From Candidatus Aenigmatarchaeota archaeon (GTDB lineage: Archaea > Aenigmatarchaeota > Aenigmatarchaeia > Aenigmatarchaeales > Aenigmatarchaeaceae): a stretch of 39,123 nt of DNA. Shown here piece by piece: positions 20,460-29,577 of this stretch. The notes beneath the pieces are model-generated. The model ran no database searches. It saw only the letters and a program-made list of their open reading frames with translations, and was not told the origin of the DNA. The translations under genes were made by a program, and so were the position numbers. The first letter of the stretch is position 1. Each line of letters opens with the position of its first letter. Location: assembly GCA_018221065.1 (NCBI GenBank), contig JAAOXY010000082.1:1-39123 (forward strand), given 5' to 3'.

Positions 20460-23105
20460 ATGAATTTAAAGAAGATGCTAAAAATTGAAGGGGAGAATTT
20501 AGATGGTGAAATTAAGAAAAGGAATGATGCTAAAGAGGTATTAATATCAGTTAAATATGCTGATGGTCATATTCATCACATCCTACCAGATGAGACAGTA
20601 TCAAAAGAATTAGTTGAAGATGCTGCATCACAAGTCAATCTAGAGTTTTCCAAAGCAATTGAAAACCTCCCACCAGATGAAATCGTTTTTAAAAACCGTC
20701 AAGCGATTGGCGACATCTTAACCATGACAGCAGGAATACGAGATTTTAAAAGCGCTTTCCCAAATACCAGAGTTGGAGTAATAACAACTGCTATGCATCT
20801 CTGGGATCACAACCCTCATATTGATCATAACTTTAAAGACCCTGAAAAAATTTTAGAGATAGGACCGGGGTTTGCTACAAATAAATCAAACCTATGGAAT
20901 CTACATATGTGTAATGCCTTCCGTATGGATATAGAAAACAAACTTCATATTTCATTTCCACAGGGACCAATACGTCCAGATATATGGATGACACAAGAAG
21001 AATATAAACGACCGCCCTTGATTGATGGTCCATATTGGTTGTTTGTTTATGGTGGAGAACCTGGTTGGCCTGCCAAGCAATACCATTTATGGCAAAGAGT
21101 AATAAACATACTAAAAGATGATATTAAGATTGTTCAGCTTGGAGTTAAGGGTCATCCATATCCGCATCTTGATAATACAGTTGATTATATTGGAAAAACT
21201 GAAGATAGAAACACTGGTCTTAGAGATCTTTTTAATTTGTTTTTACATGCTCAAGGGTCGCTTGGTTTAGTTTCCATGCATATGCATTTAAGTGCTGCAT
21301 TTGGAAACCCCTGTGTAGTTGTTGCTGGAGCGCGTGAACCTGCATGGTTTACAAACTATTTTGGACATCAGTATATTCAATCAAATGGTACTATGTTTTG
21401 TGGTGATCATACAGCATGTTGGAAGTGTAAACTTGAAGGATGTCGTAATCTTATAGATAGTAAGATACCAAAATGTGTTGAGGTAATTGAACCTGAGGAA
21501 ATTGCTGATGGTGTTAGAAAGTATTATAGAGGTGGAAGATTAGAGTATGGGAAAAAGATTCCTAATAAATTTTTTAAGAATATAACCCAAGAATCAAGAG
21601 TGTTTGTCGCTCCAAAAACTGAACAAATCGATAATGACTATTTAAAGAAATGGGGATTCAAATGGGGTGGAGGATGCCTTACAGATAGAGATTGGATGTT
21701 TATGAAAGAGGCTATCAAAAAATATAAAGTTAAAAAGATTCTTGAGTTTGGTGCTGGTTTATCATCTCTATTGTTTGGAACCGTTGCTGATCATATAGTT
21801 ACTTATGAAACAATGCCAGGATGGATAAAGAAAGTAGAGCCATTTAAAACTCCAAAGAATACATTTTTGCTTTGGGATGGAAAAACAATTCCTTCTGTAG
21901 ATAAGTTTGATATGGTATTTGTAGATGGTCCGTCTGGTGGGGAAAATAGACAATGGTCAATCAAATATGCATCTGAACGTGCTGATCTGGTTATCGTTCA
22001 TGACGCAGGACGTGTTCCTGAAAGAGAATGGCAAGCCAAGTATCTTGAACCTGAATTTGAGTTAATAGCTAAAGGCGGGCATCGATGTCACATGTGGAAA
22101 AGAAGAACAGCGATTGTAGTCGATACATCGAAACCATTAGCAAGAATGTTAACCACATGTAGAGGTTATGGTGGAAGCGAAAGATCTACTATCAATATAA
22201 TGCAAATGTTATTAGATAAAGGCTATAGAGTAGAATTAGTACCAACCGGAAATATTAGTGGAGAGTATTTGAAAAATATTCCAGAGGGAGTAGTTAAACA
22301 GAATTGGGGACCTATATTAACAGAACCATCTGATTTGACAGTTTTTTATACAAGCGATACAATATGGAGTTTTAATAAAGAACCATATACTACATTTATG
22401 CCATATCTAAATACAAAAAGAAAGGTCATGGTTTTAAACTATAAAATCGGTGGAGCTGGAAATGTGGATTGGACTTTCGGTTGGGATAAATATTTATTCT
22501 TAAATTCTGAACATGAAGGGGAGATGATTAAGAGGATTCCACAAGCTGTAACTAAGGTGTTGGCACCACCAACTGATTTAACTGAATTTTTTAAAGTTCA
22601 ACCATATTATGGATTCCCTCTAAAACTGATCCGGCATAGTAGTCAAGGAGATAATAAATATCCTGATTATATGAATGATATGATAGAGAATATATTAGAA
22701 ATAAATCCGGGGATTGAGTTTCATTTTATGCCCCCAAGATCAGATTGTATGGTTCATCCACAAGTCCATAAATATGCAAAGAATCAACCTCCTGTATATG
22801 AGTTTCTGAAAAATGGAAATTGCTTCTTCTATCATTTACCCAATAATTATACTGAAGGAGGTCCTCGCACAATTGTAGAAGCTCATGCTTCTGGTTTATC
22901 AGTAATATGTGATAATCACTCTGGACCAAAAGATAGAGTTACAGATGAAACGGGTTGGCTGTGTAATAGTCAAGAAGATTATTTAGAAGTTATAAAAGAG
23001 ATTATAAATAAACCAGAACTTCTCAGGATTAAAGGAGAAGCTGCCAGAGAAAGAGCTAGAAAAGAATTTATTCCAGAAAAATGGATAGAGGAGATATTAA
23101 CATGA
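20460..23105 (+). CDS. three-domain fusion: GT9 (heptosyltransferase-like) / class I methyltransferase-like / GT4 glycosyltransferase (881 aa)
   Basis: ORF track. The N-terminal region has IGDILTMTAGIRDFKSAFPNTRVGVIT (GT9-like). The middle has ILEFGAGLSS...MVFVDGP (Rossmann SAM-like). The C-terminal region has EGGPRTIVEAHASGLSVI (GT4 EX7E motif). Confidence 0.8.
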   Translation: MNLKKMLKIEGENLDGEIKKRNDAKEVLISVKYADGHIHHILPDETVSKELVEDAASQVNLEFSKAIENLPPDEIVFKNRQAIGDILTMTAGIRDFKSAFPNTRVGVITTAMHLWDHNPHIDHNFKDPEKILEIGPGFATNKSNLWNLHMCNAFRMDIENKLHISFPQGPIRPDIWMTQEEYKRPPLIDGPYWLFVYGGEPGWPAKQYHLWQRVINILKDDIKIVQLGVKGHPYPHLDNTVDYIGKTEDRNTGLRDLFNLFLHAQGSLGLVSMHMHLSAAFGNPCVVVAGAREPAWFTNYFGHQYIQSNGTMFCGDHTACWKCKLEGCRNLIDSKIPKCVEVIEPEEIADGVRKYYRGGRLEYGKKIPNKFFKNITQESRVFVAPKTEQIDNDYLKKWGFKWGGGCLTDRDWMFMKEAIKKYKVKKILEFGAGLSSLLFGTVADHIVTYETMPGWIKKVEPFKTPKNTFLLWDGKTIPSVDKFDMVFVDGPSGGENRQWSIKYASERADLVIVHDAGRVPEREWQAKYLEPEFELIAKGGHRCHMWKRRTAIVVDTSKPLARMLTTCRGYGGSERSTINIMQMLLDKGYRVELVPTGNISGEYLKNIPEGVVKQNWGPILTEPSDLTVFYTSDTIWSFNKEPYTTFMPYLNTKRKVMVLNYKIGGAGNVDWTFGWDKYLFLNSEHEGEMIKRIPQAVTKVLAPPTDLTEFFKVQPYYGFPLKLIRHSSQGDNKYPDYMNDMIENILEINPGIEFHFMPPRSDCMVHPQVHKYAKNQPPVYEFLKNGNCFFYHLPNNYTEGGPRTIVEAHASGLSVICDNHSGPKDRVTDETGWLCNSQEDYLEVIKEIINKPELLRIKGEAARERARKEFIPEKWIEEILT

Positions 23106-23278
23106 AAGTAAAAGTTGGAGATAAAGTTTATGATGGGAACGATGTTCCTGTAATGGTTATTTTAAGAAAAGAGGATAAGGAGAATATTAAAAACATGCAT
23201 CCTGACGCAACAAAGTATTGTTCGTATCCAGAATCAATGACTGTTAAGGAAGTTCAGGAATGGATGAAAACTGAATAG
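23102..23278 (+). CDS. hypothetical protein (58 aa)
   Basis: ATG 23102 in an ATGA overlap with the upstream stop. GGAG upstream. Confidence 0.6.
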   Translation: MKVKVGDKVYDGNDVPVMVILRKEDKENIKNMHPDATKYCSYPESMTVKEVQEWMKTE

Positions 23279-23290
23279 AAAGGAGAAAAA

Positions 23291-23896
23291 ATGAATCTAA
23301 TAATTTCGCCTCATATTGATGATGAGGTAATAGGTTGTGGAGGAATGATTGATAAATGTGAAGAAGCATCATATGTTTATTTTTGTGGTGTTGAGGATTT
23401 TCATGAAATAAGTCAGTATGACAGATTAAAAGAAGTTAAAGATGTATCAGAATTCTTGAGCTATGAATGTGAAGTAAACCTTTTTTCGGTTGTTAATGGT
23501 TATAAAGTAGTAGATTTTATTGATATTTTTCAGGAAGTTATTAAGAGAGTAAAACCTGATAAAATATTTATTCCATATGCTTCTTATAACCAGGATCATC
23601 AAGCAGTTTATCATGCTGCTATGATAGCTTTGAGACCACATGACAGAAACTTCTTTGTTAAAAAAGTTCTGACATATGAGGGGATTGGAGCATTTCAATG
23701 GATGAACAATGATTATAAAGTTAATCATTTTGTTCCTATTAATGTTGATACAAAAGAATTAGCTTATGGTCTTCATAAGTCTCAAGTAAGAGAATTTAGA
23801 TCTATGAAGCATGTTAGAGCTTTAGCAGAATTAAGAGGATCACAAATTGGTGTTCCTTATGCTGAAGCATTTATAATAGAAAGGTGGGTAGAATAA
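23291..23896 (+). CDS. PIG-L / LmbE-family N-acetylglucosaminyl deacetylase (201 aa)
   Basis: ORF track. ISPHIDDEVIGCGG matches the PHxDDE signature. Confidence 0.8.
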   Translation: MNLIISPHIDDEVIGCGGMIDKCEEASYVYFCGVEDFHEISQYDRLKEVKDVSEFLSYECEVNLFSVVNGYKVVDFIDIFQEVIKRVKPDKIFIPYASYNQDHQAVYHAAMIALRPHDRNFFVKKVLTYEGIGAFQWMNNDYKVNHFVPINVDTKELAYGLHKSQVREFRSMKHVRALAELRGSQIGVPYAEAFIIERWVE

Positions 23897-24663
23897 TGGG
23901 ATTAGTAGAAAGGAAGTATGGTCATTTATTAGAAATAGCTTTGGAGTTGGGAAAGACATCTTCAGTATTAAGAGTTGAAGATAATAGTTTTACATATGCT
24001 AGAAATCCGCAATATCTTTCAAAGTTAAAAGATACAAAGAAAAATGTTCAGGTTATGGTACCTTTTCCTATATATAAAGAAGCTGAACAGTTACCAATGA
24101 ATGTTGATGTTCACTTTATAGATGGAGAAGATAATATAGAATATATATGGGCTTATATTCATAATGAAGTTAATAAAGACGTTGAACCAGCTCCTATCAT
24201 TATTGGAAATAATTGTTATATACATGAAACTGCAATTATTGGAGTTCATGGAAATACATATGCTCTGGCTCCAGATGGAAGTCGTATTCACTTAAAAGAA
24301 ATTGGCGGGGTTCGTCTTGAAGATGATGTAGATGTCGAAGCTTTGTCAATTGTCCATAGATCATGTTTTAATAATACAGTTATTGGTAAAGGTTCTAAGG
24401 TATGTGTTAAATGTAATATTGGACATAATGTTAGAATAGGAAAAAATTCATTAATAGCTCCTGGAGTCTTATTAGGCGGAGGCACTACAGTAGGGGATAA
24501 TTGTTTTATATGGCAAGGGGTTATTACCCGAAGTTATATAAATATTTGTGATAATGCAATTGTGGGAGCGGGTTCTGTAGTTCTACATGATCTAAGGGAG
24601 CCGGGAATATATATTGGCTCTCCAGCTAGGTATGTAAAACCATATGATGAAACTTTGAGGTAA
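23896..24663 (+). CDS. left-handed beta-helix (hexapeptide-repeat) acyl/acetyltransferase
   Basis: ATG 23896 in a TAATG overlap, GGTGG 8 nt upstream. Hexapeptide repeats IGHNVRIGKNSLIAPGVLLGGGTTVGDNCFIWQGV. Confidence 0.8.
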   Translation: MGLVERKYGHLLEIALELGKTSSVLRVEDNSFTYARNPQYLSKLKDTKKNVQVMVPFPIYKEAEQLPMNVDVHFIDGEDNIEYIWAYIHNEVNKDVEPAPIIIGNNCYIHETAIIGVHGNTYALAPDGSRIHLKEIGGVRLEDDVDVEALSIVHRSCFNNTVIGKGSKVCVKCNIGHNVRIGKNSLIAPGVLLGGGTTVGDNCFIWQGVITRSYINICDNAIVGAGSVVLHDLREPGIYIGSPARYVKPYDETLR

Positions 24664-24666
24664 ATT

Positions 24667-25671
24667 ATGAAAATAGTTGTAGAAGATGTGTTTGGAAAAA
24701 ATCAGTTTAATGCCTGTAAAGAATATAATAGAAGATTGGACGTTATGGAAATTAACATATCAAAGATACATAACAGTTCAAGTAAATCGAGATTTAAAGA
24801 AGGAACTTATGAAAGATGGTATAGGGAGGCTAATACTATTTATATGAATAATAAAAGAGATCAAGATCTGTTTGATAAACTGGGAAAAGATTTATGTGTT
24901 GTTATACCCTCTCATAGATATCAGAGAGTTTGGTTAAAGGCATGTTTGGAAGGAGTTTCTAAGCTTGGCTACTTTTCTATACTGGCTTATGATAATCCAT
25001 TTTTTCAACCAGCTCATAAATTAGATGCAATGCTTCCATCTCCAGCAACTCTTATGTTGGCTGATTATTTATCTTTCAAACCAAGGACTTATCATAGTGG
25101 GGTTGGTTTTCCTCATCTGTGGAATATGTTGTTTGCTGTTACTCAAGCACAGGCGTTTGGTTTTAAATATATATTTTGTATCAATGGTGACTTTATTATG
25201 GAGAGGCCAGAGAATTTTGAACAGCTAAGAGATATGTTGGGGGATGGAGATATATTTCCTTTGGCATGGGATCCAAAAAGACCAACTTGTGGAACTGCTG
25301 CCTTTATAGCAAAAACTGACCATCAGGTAGAATTTTGGAGAAATTATGCGAAAACCTTTTATCAAAATATGGGAAACGCCGAAGCAAGGCTTGGGAAATA
25401 TTATACAAAGAAGAAATTAAAAGTGGTCCATTTTGAGCCAGGCTCTTTATCACATCAGATGCCTAACCCTAAATCTACATGGTATAATACTATTGGTTTG
25501 AGGCATTTACATGCAGAGCATAAAATAAGAAAATGGAATAGGCAAGAACCCATTGAAGAAAAATATTTCGAGAAACAATTTTTTCCTCCTCCCGGAAAGA
25601 ATATAATAGAGCAATATTGGAGGACTGGAGATAAGAAATTTCTTAAGCAATGGTGGGGAAAAGGAAAATAA
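24667..25671 (+). CDS. hypothetical protein, possibly GT-A-like (334 aa)
   Basis: ORF track. CVVIPSHRY and a later NGD are only a weak hint. Embedded in the sugar island. Confidence 0.7.
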   Translation: MKIVVEDVFGKNQFNACKEYNRRLDVMEINISKIHNSSSKSRFKEGTYERWYREANTIYMNNKRDQDLFDKLGKDLCVVIPSHRYQRVWLKACLEGVSKLGYFSILAYDNPFFQPAHKLDAMLPSPATLMLADYLSFKPRTYHSGVGFPHLWNMLFAVTQAQAFGFKYIFCINGDFIMERPENFEQLRDMLGDGDIFPLAWDPKRPTCGTAAFIAKTDHQVEFWRNYAKTFYQNMGNAEARLGKYYTKKKLKVVHFEPGSLSHQMPNPKSTWYNTIGLRHLHAEHKIRKWNRQEPIEEKYFEKQFFPPPGKNIIEQYWRTGDKKFLKQWWGKGK

Positions 25672-25672
25672 T

Positions 25673-26605
25673 ATGGACACAAAAATTTATTATTATTTAG
25701 ATCAGGTAGAAAAACTCAGAAAAGGGGAATGGGTGCCACCTGTAACTTGTGAAATTGATACGTCCAATTATTGTATGCTATCTTGTGATTTCTGTATGTA
25801 TCAGAAATATATTGAAGGAGATAGAAGACATTTATCATATGATCTATATAATTCTCTATTATATGAACTTGATGAAATGGGAACCAAGAGTATAACATTT
25901 ACAGGCGGGGGCGAACCATTAATGAATCCAAAGATAAATCGTATGATTGAAGACGCTCTTAAAATGGAGTTTGAAATAGGGCTGGTTACAAATGGTTTTT
26001 TATTAGACAAAATAAATAATCTTGATAAGTTTAAGTTTATACGAGTTAGTCTTGATGCTTCAAACCCAAGTATGTATCAAGATGTAAAAGGAGTTGATTG
26101 TTTTTCCAGAGTAATAGATAATATTAAGATGACTCTCGAAAAGAATAAAACAGTTGGTTTAAGTTATGTTGTTAATGATAGGAATAATTTTGATTTAGAA
26201 GAGGCGGAGAAATTAGCTGATAAACTCGGAGTATCATATTTACAGTTTAAACCTGCTTGGATGAATGGAAAAGTATTTGATAATTATACTTTACCCGGAG
26301 GAAAAAATGTAATAAAAACAAATAGGTATCTAGCAAAGGATGATCTTCCATGCCTAATAGCTTCTCTTATTGGAGTTGTTGGAGCTGATGGAGAAATTTA
26401 TTTTTGCTGTCAACATAGAGGAAAGCCAAATTTTAGTTTGGGTAGTTTGTATGTTGATAGATTTGAAACTATCTGGAAACGAAGGTTTGATCTACATCCT
26501 GATATTTCAAAATGTCCTATGTGCAGGTATATGAATTATGCTGAGGCTTATAGAACAGTTTTGGAAAGGGGAACATTATTTTTTGAGCATAGGAATTTTT
26601 TATAA
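25673..26605 (+). CDS. radical SAM enzyme (310 aa)
   Basis: ORF track. CMLSCDFC (CxxxCxxC), GGGEP, and a C-terminal Cys cluster CCQH...CPMC suggesting an auxiliary Fe-S site. Confidence 0.85.
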   Translation: MDTKIYYYLDQVEKLRKGEWVPPVTCEIDTSNYCMLSCDFCMYQKYIEGDRRHLSYDLYNSLLYELDEMGTKSITFTGGGEPLMNPKINRMIEDALKMEFEIGLVTNGFLLDKINNLDKFKFIRVSLDASNPSMYQDVKGVDCFSRVIDNIKMTLEKNKTVGLSYVVNDRNNFDLEEAEKLADKLGVSYLQFKPAWMNGKVFDNYTLPGGKNVIKTNRYLAKDDLPCLIASLIGVVGADGEIYFCCQHRGKPNFSLGSLYVDRFETIWKRRFDLHPDISKCPMCRYMNYAEAYRTVLERGTLFFEHRNFL

Positions 26606-26623
26606 TTAAAGAATATTTATTTT

Positions 26624-26632
26624 TAGAACAAA
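26624..26632 (+). promoter_or_regulatory. + strand operon motif TAGAACAAA
   Basis: 29 nt upstream of ATG 26662. Confidence 0.45.
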
Positions 26633-26661
26633 ATATAAATTCGATTAAGTGGGGATCTTAG

Positions 26662-27672
26662 ATGTTACGAGACACTATGATAAGAGGAATAGCATCTGGG
26701 ACTTTAATATGGAAAGGTCCTTGGGTTGACAGTAGTGCCTATGTTGTCAATGATTTAGTCGAAAATAATGGTAGTTCGTATATTGCTACATCGGATCATA
26801 TTTCTTCTCCAGTAACAGAACCAGGAGACGGAACTTCCTGGACTACAGTATGGGATTTAGTAGCTGCAAAAGGCGCTGATGGTACTGATGGAGTAGATGG
26901 TCTTAATGGTTTAGACGGTGTAAGTTTTATATGGCGAGGACAGTGGTCCGATTCTAGTTCATATATAATTAATGACGTTGTATATAATAGCGGTAGTTCA
27001 TATATATCTACAGCAGATCATAACGCCAGTTTCCCAACAGAACCTGGGGACGGAACTTCCTGGACGACTGTCTGGGATTTAATGGCTCAAAAAGGTGACG
27101 ATGGAGATCAAGGACCTCAAGGACCAGATGGCCCACAAGGAGATCCAGGACCTCAAGGTCCAGCAGGTCAAGATGGAGTGTTTGATAGGTGTGATCAATT
27201 AATACTTGAAATGGAAATGGAGTTTAAAACTTCATTTCTTTGTAATTATAAAGAGTTTGCATATAGCGCTCAAAAACTATTAATTGATGTTGATATATAT
27301 ACTGATGCTACAGCTAATGTTAAATTATTTCATAAGGACCTAACATACAATGCTCAGAAACAACTAATCCAAACTGATCTTACGAGAATTTCAGATGGTG
27401 CATTGTTAACTAGCATTTTTTCATATGACGCTCAAAAGAATTTAATTTCAATAGAGAGAAGCGGTTATTGTTCTTGTTCAAGTAGCTCTTCAAGTAGTCG
27501 TAGTTCAAGTTCAAGTAGTAGATCAAGCTCATCAAGCAGTTGTAGTTCAAGTTCAAGCAGGAGTTCAATCTCATCAAGTTCAAGTAGTGCTGCTATTCCA
27601 GAAGGAGCAAGAATAACAGATGATGGAGAAATTCGGATAACAGATGATGGAGAGACCAGAATTATAGATTAA
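26662..27672 (+). CDS. collagen-like tail fibre protein with duplicated CBM5/12-like module and poly-Ser tract (336 aa)
   Basis: ORF track. Two copies of IW.G.W..SS.Y..ND.V...GSSYI.T.DH....TEPGDGTSWTTVWDL, each followed by G-X-Y repeats. Ser-rich tract near 27466-27590. Confidence 0.8.
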   Translation: MLRDTMIRGIASGTLIWKGPWVDSSAYVVNDLVENNGSSYIATSDHISSPVTEPGDGTSWTTVWDLVAAKGADGTDGVDGLNGLDGVSFIWRGQWSDSSSYIINDVVYNSGSSYISTADHNASFPTEPGDGTSWTTVWDLMAQKGDDGDQGPQGPDGPQGDPGPQGPAGQDGVFDRCDQLILEMEMEFKTSFLCNYKEFAYSAQKLLIDVDIYTDATANVKLFHKDLTYNAQKQLIQTDLTRISDGALLTSIFSYDAQKNLISIERSGYCSCSSSSSSSRSSSSSSRSSSSSSCSSSSSRSSISSSSSSAAIPEGARITDDGEIRITDDGETRIID

Positions 27673-27684
27673 GAGGAAAATAAA

Positions 27685-28161
27685 ATGTCAAAAAAAATAT
27701 CAGAGTTAGACAGTCCAACATTACCTTTAACTGGTACTGAATTAATGGAAATGTCACAAGATAGTACATCTGTCCAAGTGACCATTATACAATTAGGAAA
27801 CAGCATTGGTTATGTTGACCGTGGTGATCCTTCTGGGGATGATCTTAATAAAGCAGGTATGACACTAGATAGTGCCTGGAATATTTGGGATGTATCTGCT
27901 GTGGTCCCTGCCGGAGCAACGGCAGTAGAATTGGAAATTACTCAGGTCAATACTAATGTTGGAAAGAGATTAGAATTTAGAAAGAATGGAAATTCAAAGG
28001 AAAAGAATATACTGGCACATAAACAAATAGTTTCCTCAGTCACAGAGGTATGGGGAGGTAAAGTTTCTTGTGATTCTAATCGTATCATAGAATATTTTGC
28101 TACTGGAACTGCTGTACCTTGGATTTCTATAGCAATAGTTATAAGAGGTTGGTACATTTAA
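27685..28161 (+). CDS. fibre-associated protein, tandem paralog A (158 aa)
   Basis: ORF track. About 80 percent identical by eye to 28172..28648. Confidence 0.8.
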   Translation: MSKKISELDSPTLPLTGTELMEMSQDSTSVQVTIIQLGNSIGYVDRGDPSGDDLNKAGMTLDSAWNIWDVSAVVPAGATAVELEITQVNTNVGKRLEFRKNGNSKEKNILAHKQIVSSVTEVWGGKVSCDSNRIIEYFATGTAVPWISIAIVIRGWYI

Positions 28162-28171
28162 GGAAAATAAA

Positions 28172-28648
28172 ATGGAAAAAAAAATATCACAATTAGCAAG
28201 CCCAACATTATCTTTAACTGGTACTGAATTAATGGAAATGTCACAAGATGGTACGTCTGTCCAAATAACAATCATACAGTTGGGAAATAATATTAGTTAT
28301 GTAGACCGTGGTGATCCTTCGGTATTTGATCTTGAAGAGGGTTCTATGATTTTAGATAGCGCCTGGCATATTTGGGATGTATCCTCAGTAGTTCCGACCG
28401 GAGCAGTAGCAATAGAATTGGTAATTACTCAGGTCAATACTATTGTTGGAAAGAGATTAGAATTTAGAAAGAATGGAAATTCAAATGAAAAGAATATACT
28501 GGGACATAAACAAATAGTTTCCTCAGTCACAGAGGTATGGGGAGGTAAAGTTTCTTGTGATTCTAATCGTATCATAGAATACTTTGCTACAGGTACAGCT
28601 GGAAACTGGACTACAGTGCAGGTCGTTATAAGAGGATGGTACATATAA
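28172..28648 (+). CDS. fibre-associated protein, tandem paralog B (158 aa)
   Basis: ORF track. The nucleotide sequence is near-identical to paralog A over most of the 3' third. Confidence 0.8.
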   Translation: MEKKISQLASPTLSLTGTELMEMSQDGTSVQITIIQLGNNISYVDRGDPSVFDLEEGSMILDSAWHIWDVSSVVPTGAVAIELVITQVNTIVGKRLEFRKNGNSNEKNILGHKQIVSSVTEVWGGKVSCDSNRIIEYFATGTAGNWTTVQVVIRGWYI

Positions 28649-28669
28649 CAATTACACCGGAGGAAGAAA

Positions 28670-28861
28670 ATGGCAGTGAGAGATGATCTGTATCGAAAAT
28701 TTGGACCGAAGCTGATTGAGGCATTGGCCTTAGTTATTATGGATGAAATAAATATTTTGAGAGCACAGCATGCATTACCAGATAGGACAGCAAATGATAT
28801 AGTTACAGCTATTGAAAATAAAATTGGTCCAGTAACCAGTTATGATTGGATGGATTCATAA
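28670..28861 (+). CDS. hypothetical protein (63 aa)
   Basis: ORF track. GGAGG RBS. Confidence 0.65.
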   Translation: MAVRDDLYRKFGPKLIEALALVIMDEINILRAQHALPDRTANDIVTAIENKIGPVTSYDWMDS

Positions 28862-28884
28862 TATATCTAAGTAAAGCAAAACTT

Positions 28885-28893
28885 TAGAACAAA
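28885..28893 (+). promoter_or_regulatory. + strand operon motif TAGAACAAA
   Basis: 26 nt upstream of ATG 28920. Confidence 0.45.
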
Positions 28894-28919
28894 AAATAAA
28901 TAAAGGAAGAGGTCAAAAT

Positions 28920-29228
28920 ATGGATAAGCATAGTGAAGAAGAATTGAGGGTTTATTCCCTTTTACAGAAGTTAGAAGAAAAAAAATACCATGAAAATGAA
29001 TTGAAGAAAATTTTTGGCTATAAATGTCCTTTAAACACAACTAGACTTTATAAATATATTCATCTTGAGATTCCAAACATGCAGAATAGATTGTTTACAA
29101 TTCTAAAAGGCGAACTGGTTACTGGAGATGATGTTTCAGGAAGAGAACCCATCTTGAGGGGAAAATATAAAATCACAGCCCTTATCGACGGGGTTCCATT
29201 TGTTTATGTAAAGAAAGGATCAGAATAA
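28920..29228 (+). CDS. hypothetical protein (102 aa)
   Basis: ORF track. Confidence 0.7.
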   Translation: MDKHSEEELRVYSLLQKLEEKKYHENELKKIFGYKCPLNTTRLYKYIHLEIPNMQNRLFTILKGELVTGDDVSGREPILRGKYKITALIDGVPFVYVKKGSE

Positions 29229-29557
29229 TGGGAGAGATGATAGAATTTCCAAATGCAAACGAAGAGCAAAATAAGATATTGAATAAGATTGCTGAACAGA
29301 AAGCTAAGGAATCTAAAGCCAAAAACGATGAATTTGATAAGGAAAAAGATCGAGAAGAGTTCCTTTATTTATGGAAACATTTTGAAGCCCGACTAAATAA
29401 ATATTTAAAAGATTATAAAGAGGATCTTCAACCAAAAGGCTATCATGGATTAGAAGTTTTAATTAGGATTAAGAAGGATGATTCCTCAGATGAATTAAAG
29501 GAGAAGTTTATTTTTAGTGATAAGTTAAAGTTATTCAAGATAACAGAAATAGAATAA
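29228..29557 (+). CDS. hypothetical charged helical protein (109 aa)
   Basis: ORF track. TAATG overlap. Confidence 0.7.
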   Translation: MGEMIEFPNANEEQNKILNKIAEQKAKESKAKNDEFDKEKDREEFLYLWKHFEARLNKYLKDYKEDLQPKGYHGLEVLIRIKKDDSSDELKEKFIFSDKLKLFKITEIE

Positions 29558-29577
29558 CGAGTGAAAGGAAACAAAAT

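Noticed and set aside
27685-28648. Diversity-generating retroelement (template and variable repeat) for the tandem paralogs
   Set aside because: The nucleotide differences I compared are not adenine-specific (a>t, g>t and c>g all occur). No reverse transcriptase gene is present in the window.
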